This document shows positions 34,705 to 46,253 of a stretch of 64,000 bases of DNA, piece by piece. The translations under genes were made by a program, and so were the position numbers. Under the pieces are notes generated by a model. The model was not told the DNA's origin. It was given only the letters and a program-made list of their open reading frames with translations, and made no database searches. Source of the DNA: Scenedesmus sp. PABB004 (lineage: Eukaryota); the NCBI GenBank assembly GCA_014905635.1, contig JABVCE010000017.1, positions 372,001 to 436,000 of the forward strand, written 5' to 3'. Numbering within the stretch: the first letter of the stretch is position 1; each line of letters begins with the position of its first letter.

Positions 34705-36535
34705 GCAGCGGCGGCGCAGCGCGCGCGCTGCGAGGTGGTGGTGGTCAGGGCGGGCCCGCGGCGGCGGCGGCGCGCGCCAGAGCAGGCGCTCTGGCGGCGG
34801 CGGCGCGCGCGCGCGGGCGGCGGGCCCGGGCCGCGCGGGCGCGCGGCGGCAGCAGCCGCTGCTGGCCGCGCGCGGCCGGCCGGGCGGTGGCGGCCGGCGA
34901 CGGCTGTGTGTGTGTGGCGCTTTGAAGTTGCCCCGTAACTCGGCTCCACGCATCCCTCGCCCGCCGGGCGCCGCCCGGTCCGCACCCCGGGCCGCCGCGG
35001 CCACACGCCTGGCGCCGCCCGCCCGGCTGCGTGGCGCGCGCGGCGCGCGCGGCAGCCGGGGCACCGCTGCCAGCAGTGCAGCGCGTGCGCGCGAGGTGCT
35101 GCCGCGGGCTTGCTTGCTTGCGCCGCGGCCTGAGGCGCGCGCGGGCGGCGGCGCGCCCGGGCCCGCCCGCGGCGGCGGCGGGATCAGGCGCCCCGGCGGC
35201 GGCCGGGCGCAAGGCGGCGGCCAGCCGGCCTCGCCCCTGCGCGCTGCGCGACGCTGCGCGCCGCCGCCGCGCCCCGCGCCCCGCCCCGCGCCGCAGCGCT
35301 GCAAGCACTTTGAGATCGGTGGCGACAAGAAGAGCAAGGGCGCCTACTGAGCAGCGGCGGCGCAGCGCGCGCGCTGCGAGGTGGTGGTGGTCAGGGCGGG
35401 CCCGCGGCGGCGGCGGCGCGCGCCAGAGCAGGCGCTCTGGCGGCGGCGGCGCGCGCGCGCGGCGCGGCGGGCCCGGGCCGCGCGGGCGCGCGGCGGCAGC
35501 AGCCGCTGCTGGCCGCGCGCGGCCGGCCGGGCGGTGGCGGCCGGCGACGGCTGTGTGTGTGTGGCGCTTTGAAGTTGCCCCGTAACTCGGCTCCACGCAT
35601 CCCTCGCCCGCCGGGCGCCGCCCGGTCCGCACCCCGGGCCGCCGCGGCCACACGCCTGGCGCCGCCCGCCCGGCTGCGTGGCGCGCGCGGCGCGCGCGGC
35701 AGCCGGGGCACCGCTGCCAGCAGTGCAGCGCGTGCGCGCGAGGTGCTGCCGCGGGCTTGCTTGCTTGCGCCGCGGCCTGAGGCGCGCGCGGGCGGCGGCG
35801 CGCCCGGGCCCGCCCGCGGCGGCGGCGGGATCAGGCGCCCCGGCGGCGGCCGGGCGCAAGGCGGCGGCCAGCCGGCCTCGCCCCTGCGCGCTGCGCGACG
35901 CTGCGCGCCGCCGCCGCGCCCCGCGCCCCGCCCCGCGCCGCAGCGCTGCAAGCACTTTGAGATCGGTGGCGACAAGAAGAGCAAGGGCGCCTACTGAGCA
36001 GCGGCGGCGCAGCGCGCGCGCTGCGAGGTGGTGGTGGTCAGGGCGGGCCCGCGGCGGCGGCGGCGCGCGCCAGAGCAGGCGCTCTGGCGGCGGCGGCGCG
36101 CGCGCGCGGGCGGCGGGCCCGGGCCGCGCGGGCGCGCGGCGGCAGCAGCCGCTGCTGGCCGCGCGCGGCCGGCCGGGCGGTGGCGGCCGGCGACGGCTGT
36201 GTGTGTGTGGCGCTTTGAAGTTGCCCCGTAACTCGGCTCCACGCATCCCTCGCCCGCCGGGCGCCGCCCGGTCCGCACCCCGGGCCGCCGCGGCCACACG
36301 CCTGGCGCCGCCCGCCCGGCTGCGTGGCGCGCGCGGCGCGCGCGGCAGCCGGGGCACCGCTGCCAGCAGTGCAGCGCGTGCGCGCGAGGTGCTGCCGCGG
36401 GCTTGCTTGCTTGCGCCGCAGCCTGAGGCGCGCGCGGGCGGCGGCGCGCCCGGGCCCGCCCGCGGCGGCGGCGGGATCAGGCGCCCCGGCGGCGGCCGGG
36501 CGCAAGGCGGCGGCCAGCCGGCCTCGCCCCTGCGC
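34603..36535. repeat. Near-identical tandem triplication (~646-bp unit) of the RPL36A terminal exon with its acceptor and 3' flank
   Basis: Units start at about 34603, 35249 and 35896. The exon [17 protein letters not shown] ends at 34704, 35350 and 35997. Confidence 0.95.
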
Positions 36536-36706
36536 CGGCGCGGCGCGGGGCGTGCCAGCTGCCTCGATCGGCTTTCAGGTTCAGGGCTGCAGAACCTGCC
36601 CGACGCTCGCGCCAGCGACGCGGCGCGCCCCGCGCCCGGGCCGCGCCAGTCGACGCCCGCCACCGCCCCACGCCCGAGATCTGCGCGGCCAGCAGCCCGG
36701 GGCACC

Positions 36707-38524
36707 ATGGCGCTCGCAGCCAAGATGCAGACGTCCGTCGCGGCGCGCGGCGCCGCCCCGCGCTGCCTGGGCGCCGTGCGCCCGCTGGGCCTGCGTCACG
36801 CGCCCGCCGTGCGCGTGGCCGCGGCCAAGGCCGACGAGGCCGCCGCGTTCGAGGTGGGCGGGGCGCGAATCATCGGGGGGCAGCGTGTCCGCCCCGGGCG
36901 TGCGCAGGGCGCACCGCCGACCGGCGCCTGGTGCCTGGAGGGCCGTGGCAGCGCGCCACCACACGCGTGGCTGCAATTGGGGGCGCCAGCGGCCGGGAGG
37001 GGCCTCCGGCCCGCGGGGCCTGCCCTCGATCTGCTGTCGCCCCTGCCCGGCGTGCCCATTGGCGCCTGACCCCGCCGCGCTCCCCCGTCTCCGCCCGCCG
37101 CAGTTCGGCAAGGCCGCCACGCTCTCGGCCGTGGCGTCGACCTGGCTGTTCAGCGGCAACGCGCAGGCCGCGACCGAGCTCGCGACGCTCGCGGGCGACA
37201 ACCGCCTGGGGACCATCTCCCTGCTCTTCCTGCCCGCCCTGGGCTGGGTGGCGTTCAACATCCTGCAGCCCCTGCTCAACCAGGTCGGCCGCATGAGCGA
37301 GCTCAAGGACGAGGCCTCGAGCGGCGGCAAGAAGCGCCGCGGCGTCGCCGGCGCGGTCGGCCTCGGCGCCGCGCTCAGCCTGTTCGCGGCGCAGCAGGCG
37401 GACGCCGCGACCGAGCTCGCGCAGCTCGCGGGCAGCGACAACCGGTGCGTGCGCGGGTCGCACGGGCGGGCGCCACGACTACGCAGCGCCGCCAGCGCGC
37501 GCCGCGCGCGCGCGCGCGCGCGCCTGCTGCTCACGCGTGCGCCCGTGCCCGCGCCTGCCCAGCTTTGGCACCATCACCCTCCTCTTTGCGCCCGTGGTCG
37601 GCTGGGTGGCGTTCAACATGCTCACGCCCGCCTCCAACCAGCTGAACCGCATGAACGAGCTCAAGGACGGCGCCGCCGCGGGCGGCAAGCGCCGCGGCGT
37701 CGCCGGCGCGGTCGGCCTCGGCGCCGCGCTCAGCCTGTTTGCGGCGCAGCAGGCGGACGCTGCGACCGAGCTCGCGCAGCTCGCGGGCAGCGACAACCGC
37801 CTGGGCACCATCGCCCTGCTCTTTGCGCCCGTCGTCGGCTGGGTGGGCTTCAACATGCTCACGCCCCTGTTCAACCAGCTGAACCGCATGAACGAGCTCA
37901 AGGGCGAGGCCGCCACCGGCGGCAAGAAGCGCCGCGGCGTCGCCGGCGCGGTCGGCCTCGGCGCCGCGCTCAGCCTGTTTGCGGCGCAGCACGCGGACGC
38001 CGCGACTGAGCTCGCGCAGCTCGCGGGCAGCGACAACCGGTGCGCGCGCGGGCCGCGCCGTGGGCGCGGGCGCCACGACCGCGCAGCACCGCCAGCACGT
38101 GTCGCGCGCCTGCTGCTCACGCGTGCGCCCGTGCCCGCGCCTGCCCAGCTTTGGCACCATCACCCTCCTCTTTGCGCCCGTGGTCGGCTGGGTGGCGTTC
38201 AACATGCTCACGCCCGCCTCCAACCAGCTGAACCGCATGAACGAGCTCAAGGACGGCGCCGCCGCGGGCGGCAAGCGCCGCGGCGTCGCCGGCGCGGTCG
38301 GCCTCGGCGCCGCGCTCAGCCTGTTTGCGGCGCAGCAGGCGGACGCCGCGACCGAGCTCGCGCAGCTGGCGGGCAGCGACAACCGCCTGGGCACCATCGC
38401 CCTGCTCTTTGCGCCCGTCGTCGGCTGGGTGGGCTTCAACATGCTCACGCCCCTGTTCAACCAGCTGAACCGCATGAACGAGCTCAAGGGCGAGGCCGCC
38501 ACCGGCGGCAAGAAGCGCCGGTGA
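36707..38524 (+). CDS. PSBY: Photosystem II PsbY polyprotein precursor with five PsbY units, 4 exons
   Basis: Transit peptide followed by five repeats of [hydrophobic signal ending A-x-A]-ATELA..DNR(L/F)GTI.LLF.P..GWV.FN(I/M)L.P..NQ..RM. Introns at ~36854-37103, ~37445-37562 and ~38040-38148. Confidence 0.93.
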
Positions 38525-39382
38525 AGCAGCGGGCCGACTGCGGGAGCGGCGGCGGGCTGGTCGGGAACGCGCCTGCGCGGCTGGGCGCCGCCGGCGCGGC
38601 CCAGCGGCCGCGCCGGCGCCGCGGCGGCACGGCGCGCGGCGGGCGGCGGGGGCGCCAGGGCGCCGCTGTGCGCGCCCGCTGCTTGTACTCTCCTCGGGCG
38701 GGGCTGCAGGGCAGGGGCTGGGGGGCGCGCCGCCGGCGCGGGGCGGGCGCGCGCGAGGCGTGGGCGAGGCGCGCGGCGCGCGGCGCGCGGGGCGGCCGCG
38801 CGGCGAGCGGGGCGGCCGCGCGCGCGCGGCGCCCCCAGATAGTCAAAACAGCATAGGCCGGCTGGCTGAGAGTGCGGTGTTTTTGTGCTCTGCGGCACCG
38901 CGCGGCGCCGGCCGCCGGCCGCCATTGGCGCTCGCGGGCCCACACGAGAGCGTTCTGGTCAAAGAGGCGCATGTGAGCGCGTCGGGTCGTGTTGCCGGGG
39001 GCGTGCCGGCGATTCGGGCGCGGGCGGCGGCGGGATATTGGTCTGTCTGTAACCGGAGCTGCCCACCTGTTCGTGTGGTCGCCGGCGCGCCGCGGGGGCT
39101 GGCCGCGCGTCTGCGCGGCGCGCCGGTGGCGCTCCGCCGGTCGCGGCGGAGCCAGCCCTCGCGCCTGCGGGTGCCGCAGGTGCCCGTCGCGCCCTGAACA
39201 CGCTCCGATCGTCGCCACCTCGACCAGCCCCGATTGTCAGCACGCGCGCCTCGCCATCTGCCTGCACCGCGCCTCGCGGCGCGGCCGCTACGGAGAGCGC
39301 GCCCGCCCGCCAGCCGTTTCAATCCAATCCCGGCCCACCGCCACCCGCTTGACCACCCGATCAGCCCTGTTCACGCCCCAGA

Positions 39383-40271
39383 ATGGCGCTGTGCCTGTCC
39401 CGGACCGCCGCGCTCGCTGCCCCGCGCACCGTGCGCGCCCGCACCACGCCCGCGCCGCGCCCGCGGCTGCTGGTCGCGCGCGCCGAGGCGCCCAAGGGCG
39501 GCGCGGACAGCGTGGGCGCCGATTTCGTGCACATTTTTGCCAAGGCACAGGTGCGCGCGCGCCCCGGCGCGCCGCCCGCGACGCGCCGCGCGCCGCCGCG
39601 GCGCGACGCTCACGCGCGAGGCCGCGCGCCGCCACAGGACAACGGCGTGCGCTGGGCGGAGAACGACCACACCGGCGCGCGCAAGGCCCACGCCGGCGCC
39701 TCGTCGCCGCTGAGCGCCGACGGCTTCACGGCCAAGAGGGGCGACGCCGCGGCAGCCGAGGAGGAGGCCGGCGCCGAGGTGGGCGCAGCGCGCGGGGGCG
39801 GGCGCGGCTTCCGGAGATCCGCATCTCCCGCCGTGGCGAGCTGCCAGGCCGCCGCAGCGGTGGCACCTGCGCGGGCGCCGGCGGGCGGCGAAAGCGGGCG
39901 ACCCAGCGCGCCGCGCCGCGCCGCGCGCCGGCCGCTCTGCCGCCGCCGCCCCGCTGGCTCACAGGCCGGCGACTACGTCGGCGAGGCGGTGCAGAACCTG
40001 GTCGGCCACAACTTCACTGGCGACGCCACCGAGCCCCCGGCCAACACGGGCGCGGCGGGCTGGCAGGGCGACACGCACGACCGCCGCAAGGGCGACGGGT
40101 GCGCGGCCCGGCCGCCGCCGCACGGGGCCGCGTCCGTGCGGGCTGGCCCGGCGCCGCCGCGCCGGGGCTGCCGCCGCCGCGCGGGGCCGCTGCGCCGAGC
40201 CGCGCGCGCCGCCGCCCTCACGCCAGCCGCCGGCGCCGCCGCCCCGCAGCTTCCACGCGCGCAAGGTGTGA
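39383..40271 (+). CDS. Small hydrophilic protein with a putative plastid transit peptide, unknown function, 4 exons
   Basis: MALCLSRTAALAAPRTVRAR..LLVARAEAPK..FVHIFAKAQ-DNGVRWAENDHTG..-AGDYVGEAVQNLVGHNFTGD..GWQGDTHDRRKGDG-FHARKV*, with clean GT-AG introns. Confidence 0.7.
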
Positions 40272-40544
40272 GGCCTGCCGCCCCGGCGCGCGCCCCAGCC
40301 GGCGCCGGCGCCGCGCGCGTGCCCCGCTGCCGCCGCCGGCTGCGCCCGGCGCTGGTGCAGCACGGAAGCGGGCGCGCGTGCGCTGCGGCCGGCGGAACAG
40401 TTTTGTAGCATCGCGGCTGGTCTGTTTTTTGCTGTGTCGGTGTCAAGGTTGGTGTCGTCGTAAGCGTTGGTGGTGGTGGTGCCTGCGCGTGTGGAGGAGC
40501 AGGCCCTTTGCAGGAGGCGGCGGCGCCCACAGCGGTGCTTGATC

Positions 40545-41230
40545 GTGGGCGCGCGGCGGCTGCAGCAGACAGCGCTGTGTGGCGCTTAGGAGATGGGGCC
40601 GTGGGCCCGTAACTCGGCTCCACACACCCCTCGCCCGCCGGGCGCCGCCGCCCGGTCCGCACCCCGGTCAGCCGCAGCCACACGCCTGGCGCCGCCCGCT
40701 CGGCTGCGCGCGGCGCGCGCGGCGCGGCGGGCACGGCCGCCGGGGCACCGCTGCCAGCAGTGCAGCGCGTGCGCGCGAGGTGCTGCCGCGGGCTTGCTTG
40801 CTTGCGCCGCGGCCTGAGGCGCGCGCGGGCGGCAGCGCGCCCGGGCCCGCCCGCGGCGGCGGCGGGATCAGGCGCCCCGGCGGCGGCCGGGCGCAAGGCG
40901 GCGGCCAGCCGGCCTCGCCCCTGCGCCGGCGCGGCGCGGGGCGTGCCAGCTGCCTCGATCGGCTTTCAGGTTCAGGGCTGCAGAACCTGCCCGACGCTCG
41001 CGCCAGCGACGCGGCGCGCCCCGCGCCCGGGCCGCGCCAGTCGACGCCCGCCACCGCTCCACGCCCGAGATCTGCGCGGCCAGCAGCCCGGGGCACCATG
41101 GCGCTCGCAGCCAAGATGCAGACGTCCGTCGCGGCGCGCTGCGCCGCCCCGCGCTGCCTGGGCGCCGTGCGCCTGCTGGGCCTGCGTCGCGCGCCCGCCG
41201 CGCGCGTGGCCGTGGCCAAGGCCGACGAGG
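40545..41230 (+). pseudogene. Duplicated psbY upstream region plus truncated exon 1 (transit peptide only)
   Basis: Matches ~36127-36839. ATG at 41098 gives MALAAKMQTSVAARCAAPRCLGAVRLLGLRRAPAARVAVAKADE with several substitutions. Similarity then stops abruptly. Confidence 0.85.
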
Positions 41231-41490
41231 GTGTGGACACGCGGCGGCGGAGCGGCGGAAAGCTGGGCGGCCGGCGCGGTTCAGGCGGCCGGCGCGGCCT
41301 GGGCCATCGAGCCCGCCCGCCGGCCTGGCTGGTGCGGTGGCGTGGCTGGGTCCGGGCTGGCACTGGAGGGGCTGGCTGGAGGCGGCGCCGGGGCGCGCGG
41401 CGGCCCGCCAGGCGGGCCCGGGCGGCGGCGCGCGCCGCACAGCGCACGCGGCAGCGACCACCGGGGCGCGGGCGGCGGGCGCGCCTGGCC
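41229..41490. repeat. Diverged direct repeat, copy 1 (downstream of the MYND gene)
   Basis: Shares blocks such as AGCTGGGCGGCCGGCGCGGTTCAGGCGGCCGGCGCGGC and GGCTGGCTGGAGGCGGCGCCGGGGCGCGC with 44639-44900. Confidence 0.88.
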
Positions 41491-41645
41491 CGTGCGCGCG
41501 GGCCTCACAACACTGCAACTCACACAATTGCACAGCCGTCGCCGCCGCAGGCAGCCGCCCGTGCGCACGGGGCCTGCGGTCGCCCCGCCGTGGCAAGGCA
41601 CCTCTGCGCGCTCGCCCTGCCTCGGCCCCTGCTCCCCTTCACTCC

Positions 41646-44441
41646 TCACTCCGCCTCGCGCGCCGCCGCCACCACACCCGCGGCCAGCGCGCGGCACACC
41701 GGCTTGTGCGCGCGCCACGCGGCCGCCTGGCAGGCGCGGCTGCAGAAGCGCGCTGGCGCGGCCAACTTGACGCAGCCCCCGCACACGCACGCCGGGCCGC
41801 GCACCGCCGCCAGCTCGCTGTGCACGCCGGCCAGCGCCGTGCAGCGCGGGTTGTTGCAGCACGCGCGCAGCGGCAGTGCGGCGCACACCGCGGCGCACAG
41901 CTCCTCCGCCTGCGCGGCCAGCGCGGGGCCGCGCTCCTGCAGCGTGCTGACGCTGGCTGCCGCGTCGGCCTGGGCGTCGTCGCCCAGCTGCGCGACCAGC
42001 TCCGCCGCCGCCGTGCACAGCAGCTCCTGCTGCGCCAGCAGGCGCTCCAGGCCAGCGCGGGAGGCGTCCGCCGGCAGCGGCCCCAGCGCGCGCAGGCGCT
42101 CGCCCAGCAGCGCAGCTGCATCGCGCAGGGCCAGCACGGCGGCGGCAGGTGCCAGCCACACCGGCGCTCCGGACCCGCCACCGCCACCGGCGGTGGGCGC
42201 GCCAGCTGCCGGCTGCGCCGCCAGCGCCTCGCTGAGCAGCTGCGCCAGCACCGCCACACCCCGCGCCGCCAGCACCGCCCACAGCGCAGGCGGCTCGTAC
42301 GCGAGCTGGCCGCCCGCAGCCGCCACGGCGGCCGGCTGCGCGCGCGCCACCGCGTCAACGATGGCGCAGCCGGTGCACACCACCACCTGGCACCCGCTCG
42401 CCAGGTCCCGCAGCTGCTCATCCCTGTTGAGCGCGGCTGCTGCGAGCGGCGCGCCGGCTGCCACGCACTTGAGGGCCGTGAGCAGGCAGGCAAACACCTC
42501 GCGCTGCAGCAGCAGGCCTGCGCCGCCGCCGGTCGCCGTCAGCGCCGGCGCGGCTGCCAGGCTGGGGCCGAGCCAGTCGATGGTGGCGCACAGTGCGTGC
42601 GCTGCGTCCAGAGCGGCCTGTGGTGCGACCCTGCCCGCCCAGCTCCTGGCGGACGCCTCCAGCAGCCGGCAGAGGGTGGAGGGGTCCTGCTGCGCAAACG
42701 CCGCCAGGGCCGCGTCGGCTGCGTGGCAGTGGCAGCAGCGTTTGCAGCGGCGGGTGCAGCGTGAGCAAGCGCAGGCTGGGCCAGCGCGCAGCGCCAGCTG
42801 CCAAAGCCAGCCAGCGCGCCTCGCACCCTCTGGTCCGCCGCTCCACAACAGCAGGTAGCCGCAGCGCAGCAGGGCGACTTCAGCAAGTCCTGCATTGACC
42901 GGCTGCAATTGCGCCCCGCCCAGCCCCGCCGCTGCCTGGCTGCTGCCCGCGCTGCTGCCAGTGGCTGGCGCCAGCAGCGCGGCGGTCGTGGGCCGGGCGA
43001 GCGGCAGGAAAGCCCGCACCACCGCCGCCGCTGCCGCCTGGTCGGCGCCCGGCGCCCCACCAGGGACAGGCCGCAGCAGGCAGTCCACAACGGCGCCGGC
43101 GCAGATCACGCCGGCAGCCAGCGGGCGCGGCGTTGGCTGCAGCGCCACCAGCTCCAGCGCCGCCTCCGCCGCCGCACCCGCCAGCTCCACGGCGCCCGCT
43201 GCCGGCAGGCCGCCGCCGGCGCCGCAGCTGGTCGGCGGCAACACCTCAAACAGCATCGCAACCGCGCTGATGCTGGCCTCCATCAGCTGCTCATTGTCCT
43301 CACCCTGGGGCACCGCGGCGGCGTCCAGCCCCAGCATGCGCAGCAGCGCGGCGTGCGCCGCCGGCACGGCGGGCGCGCCAGCGCCGGCGCCGCTGCCGCC
43401 ACCTGTGCTGGCCGGCCGGCCGCGCTGCGCCTTGTGCCGGTGCGCCGCAAGCAGGGCGAGGTCGGCCAGCAGCAGCTGCTGCACCGCGGGGTCTGACAGC
43501 AGCGCCTGCTGCGCCTCTGCGCTCACACGACCGGCCTCCCGCGCCAGCTCCAGGCTCCGAACTGTTAATGCGGCTGTGAGGCGTGCATCAATCAAAGCGT
43601 CGTCCACCAGCAGCACGCGAGCGGCACCGCTGGCGGCCTGTGCGCACCAGGCGCCGGCGCGGCGCAGCGCGGCGAGCGCCAGCCGCGCGACCGGCTGCGC
43701 CTTACGCAGCAGCGGGCCCTCCAGCTGGCCCTGCGGCGGCCAGGCGATGCTGACAGCGTGCGCTGCCCTCAAAAGCGCTGACACAGTGAGACGTCTCAAG
43801 TCGAAGAGCTCATGCTGCCGCCGCCGTCGTCGCCGCCGCTGCTGCTCCTGCTGAAGCTGCTGCTGCTGCTGCTGCTGCTCCCCCTCCTGCTGCTGCTGCT
43901 CCTCGGCCTCCAGCGCCACGGCGAGGGCAGTGCACGCTGCGGCCAGCGGCGGCAGCACGCCTGCAGGCGCGCAGCGGCAGCGGCGTGGTCAGGGATGGGC
44001 GAGGCAGCGGCTGGCGCGGACCGGCACTGCCACCACCCGCCTGCCGCCGCTCACCCGCGCGCTCCACCTCGGCCGCCAGCTCCGCCCTGGGCGCGCCAAG
44101 GTCCTTGCGGATCTGGAAGCTCCGCTCAAGCATATAGCACAGTGCATCAAGCGTTCTGACAAAGCCGAACCTGCCCGCCGCCGCGGCCTGGGTCGCCGGC
44201 GCCGCCAGCAGCGCCAGCGCGCTCGCCACGGCCTGCGCGAGCGGCTGCTGCACGCCGGCGGCCAGCAGCGCGGCCAGCTCGGCGCAGGGCGAGCCCCTGG
44301 CCTCTGCGCTGTCAAGCAGGCCGGTGTAATACTTTCGCAGCTGTAGCGCAGCGGTGCCCTCCGCCGCGAGCGCGCCGGCGCTGCTCGCGCGCGCGCGCAG
44401 TGGCCCAGCCAGCCCGCCAGCGCCGCCGTCTCCGGCCGCAT
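41646..44441 (-). CDS. Ala/Leu-rich helical protein with a C-terminal chlorophyte-type MYND zinc finger
   Basis: CCNNPRC..SE....CGGC....RFCSRACQAAAWRAHKPVC at the C-terminus. Introns at ~43961-44053 and 42719-42826 (108 nt, in frame). The ATG at 44441 needs a 1-nt correction to join the exon frame. Confidence 0.85.
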
Positions 44442-44638
44442 GCTGCGTGGACCGCAAGCTGCCGGCGCAGGCGAGGGCTGGAGGGGGCAGGCGAAGCCTG
44501 GCGGGGTTGCGGCGGCGCGGGGCGGAGCGGGCGCTGCTGTCGCCGCTCGCGTGCGCCCGCCGCTCGGCACCGCCGCAGGGCCGCGCGCTGGCGGGCAGGG
44601 CGGGCGCGCCGCGGGGTCGTCGGGGCGGCAGTCGGCCG

Positions 44639-44900
44639 GGGTGTGGAGGCGAGGCGGCGGCGGGGCGGCGGGCAGCTGGGCGGCCGGCGCGGTTCAGGCG
44701 GCCGGCGCGGCTCTGGGCGCTTGCGCGCCCGCCGGCCTGGCTGGTGCGCCGGCGTGGCTGGTCCCGGCTGGCACTGGACGGGGCTGGCTGGAGGCGGCGC
44801 CGGGGCGCGCAGCGGCCCGCCAGGCGGGCCTGGGCGGGCGGCGCGCGCCGCACAGCGCGCGGGGCAGCGACCACCGAGCACGCGGGCGGCGCGGACGCGT
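44639..44900. repeat. Diverged direct repeat, copy 2 (upstream of the MYND gene)
   Basis: Colinear similarity to 41229-41490, from GGGTGTGGA to GGCAGCGACCACCG and a little beyond. Confidence 0.88.
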
Positions 44901-45438
44901 CGGCGCGCGCGAGGCCGGCGGCGGCGAGGGGGGAGCACGTTAACCGCCGCCGCCGTCCCGCCCGCCCGCCGCCGCCGCCCGCCCGCCAGAGGGGCCCGGC
45001 CGCCCGCGGCGCGCGCGGGGGCGCGCAGCAGCAGCATGCAGCGGCAAAAAGAAGAGGGAGCCCGGGGGGCACCTTGAACTAGTAACACCAGTACAGCCGG
45101 CGGCCGGCCGCGGCGAGCAGCGGCCCGGCCGCCGGGCGCGCGGGGGTCCGCGCGGCAGGTGATCGCAGGCGCCGCCGCCCGCCGCCGCCGCAGCGAGGGA
45201 GGGCGCCGCCTCGCGCGGCGGGCGGCGCCGCGCGGCAGGCGGTCACAGGCGGCCGCAGGCGCCGCCCGGCCCGCGCGGGGGCGCCGGGCGGCCGCCGCCG
45301 CGCGGCAGGCGCGCAGCCGCCGCCCGGCCCGCGCAGGGCGCAGCCAGCGCTGACGGCGGTCGGCGCCGCGCGCAGCAAGCAGCCGGGCGGCGTGCCGCGG
45401 TCAGCGCCGCGCTCGGCGGCCGCGCTCGGCGGCCGCGC

Positions 45439-45543
45439 TCAGCAGCCGAGCAGGCACTGCTTCACGAGGGCCATGCGGATGTAGAGGCCGTTCTGCGTGA
45501 TGGTGGTGGGGCGGCGGTGGTGTGGTGGAGGGGCGGCGGTGGT

Positions 45544-45574
<31 letters not shown>

Positions 45575-45709
45575 GGGGGTGGGGGAGAGAGGGCGTGGCG
45601 AGCGTGTGTGAGTGTGTGGTGTGTGTGTGTGTGTGTGTGGGGTGGGAGGGGGGGGGGTGGCGAGTGAGAGTGAGCGTGTGTGTGTGTGAGAGAGAGAGAG
45701 AGAGCGTGG

Positions 45710-45780
<71 letters not shown>

Positions 45781-45835
45781 AGGGAGAGAGGGAGAGAGAG
45801 AGATGGAGAGAGAGAGAGAGCGTGAGAGAGGGAGA

Positions 45836-45886
<51 letters not shown>

Positions 45887-46217
45887 AGAGTGCGCGTGGG
45901 GGCGCTCGTGGGCGCGCGCGCGCGCTTGGCAAGGCGGCGGAAGGCGCCGCCGCCCCCCGAGTGGGTGCGTGCGGGGCGCACGCACCTTGGCCTGGCGGAA
46001 GTAGGCGGCGCGCGGGTCGGCATCCACCTCGACCGCGATCTGCGCGCGTGCGGATGTGTGTGTTTGTGGGGGGGGGAGGGTCAGGGAGTGTGTGTGTGTG
46101 TGGGTGTGTGTGTGGGTGTGTGTGGGTGTGTGTGGTTGTGTGTGTGTGTGTGTGTGCGTGGGTGTGCGTGGGTGTGGATGGGTGTGTGGGGTTTGGGGAG
46201 GGGTCAGAGAGAGAGAG

Positions 46218-46253
<36 letters not shown>

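Noticed and set aside
29582..38524. PAM71 (Mn supply to PSII) lying close to PsbY as a functional cluster
   Set aside because: They are separated by unrelated genes, and the proximity is plausible by chance in a gene-dense genome.
41229..44900. LTR retrotransposon interpretation of the direct repeats
   Set aside because: No gag/pol, primer-binding site, TG..CA ends or target-site duplication was seen. Kept only as an unexplained repeat-flanked cassette.
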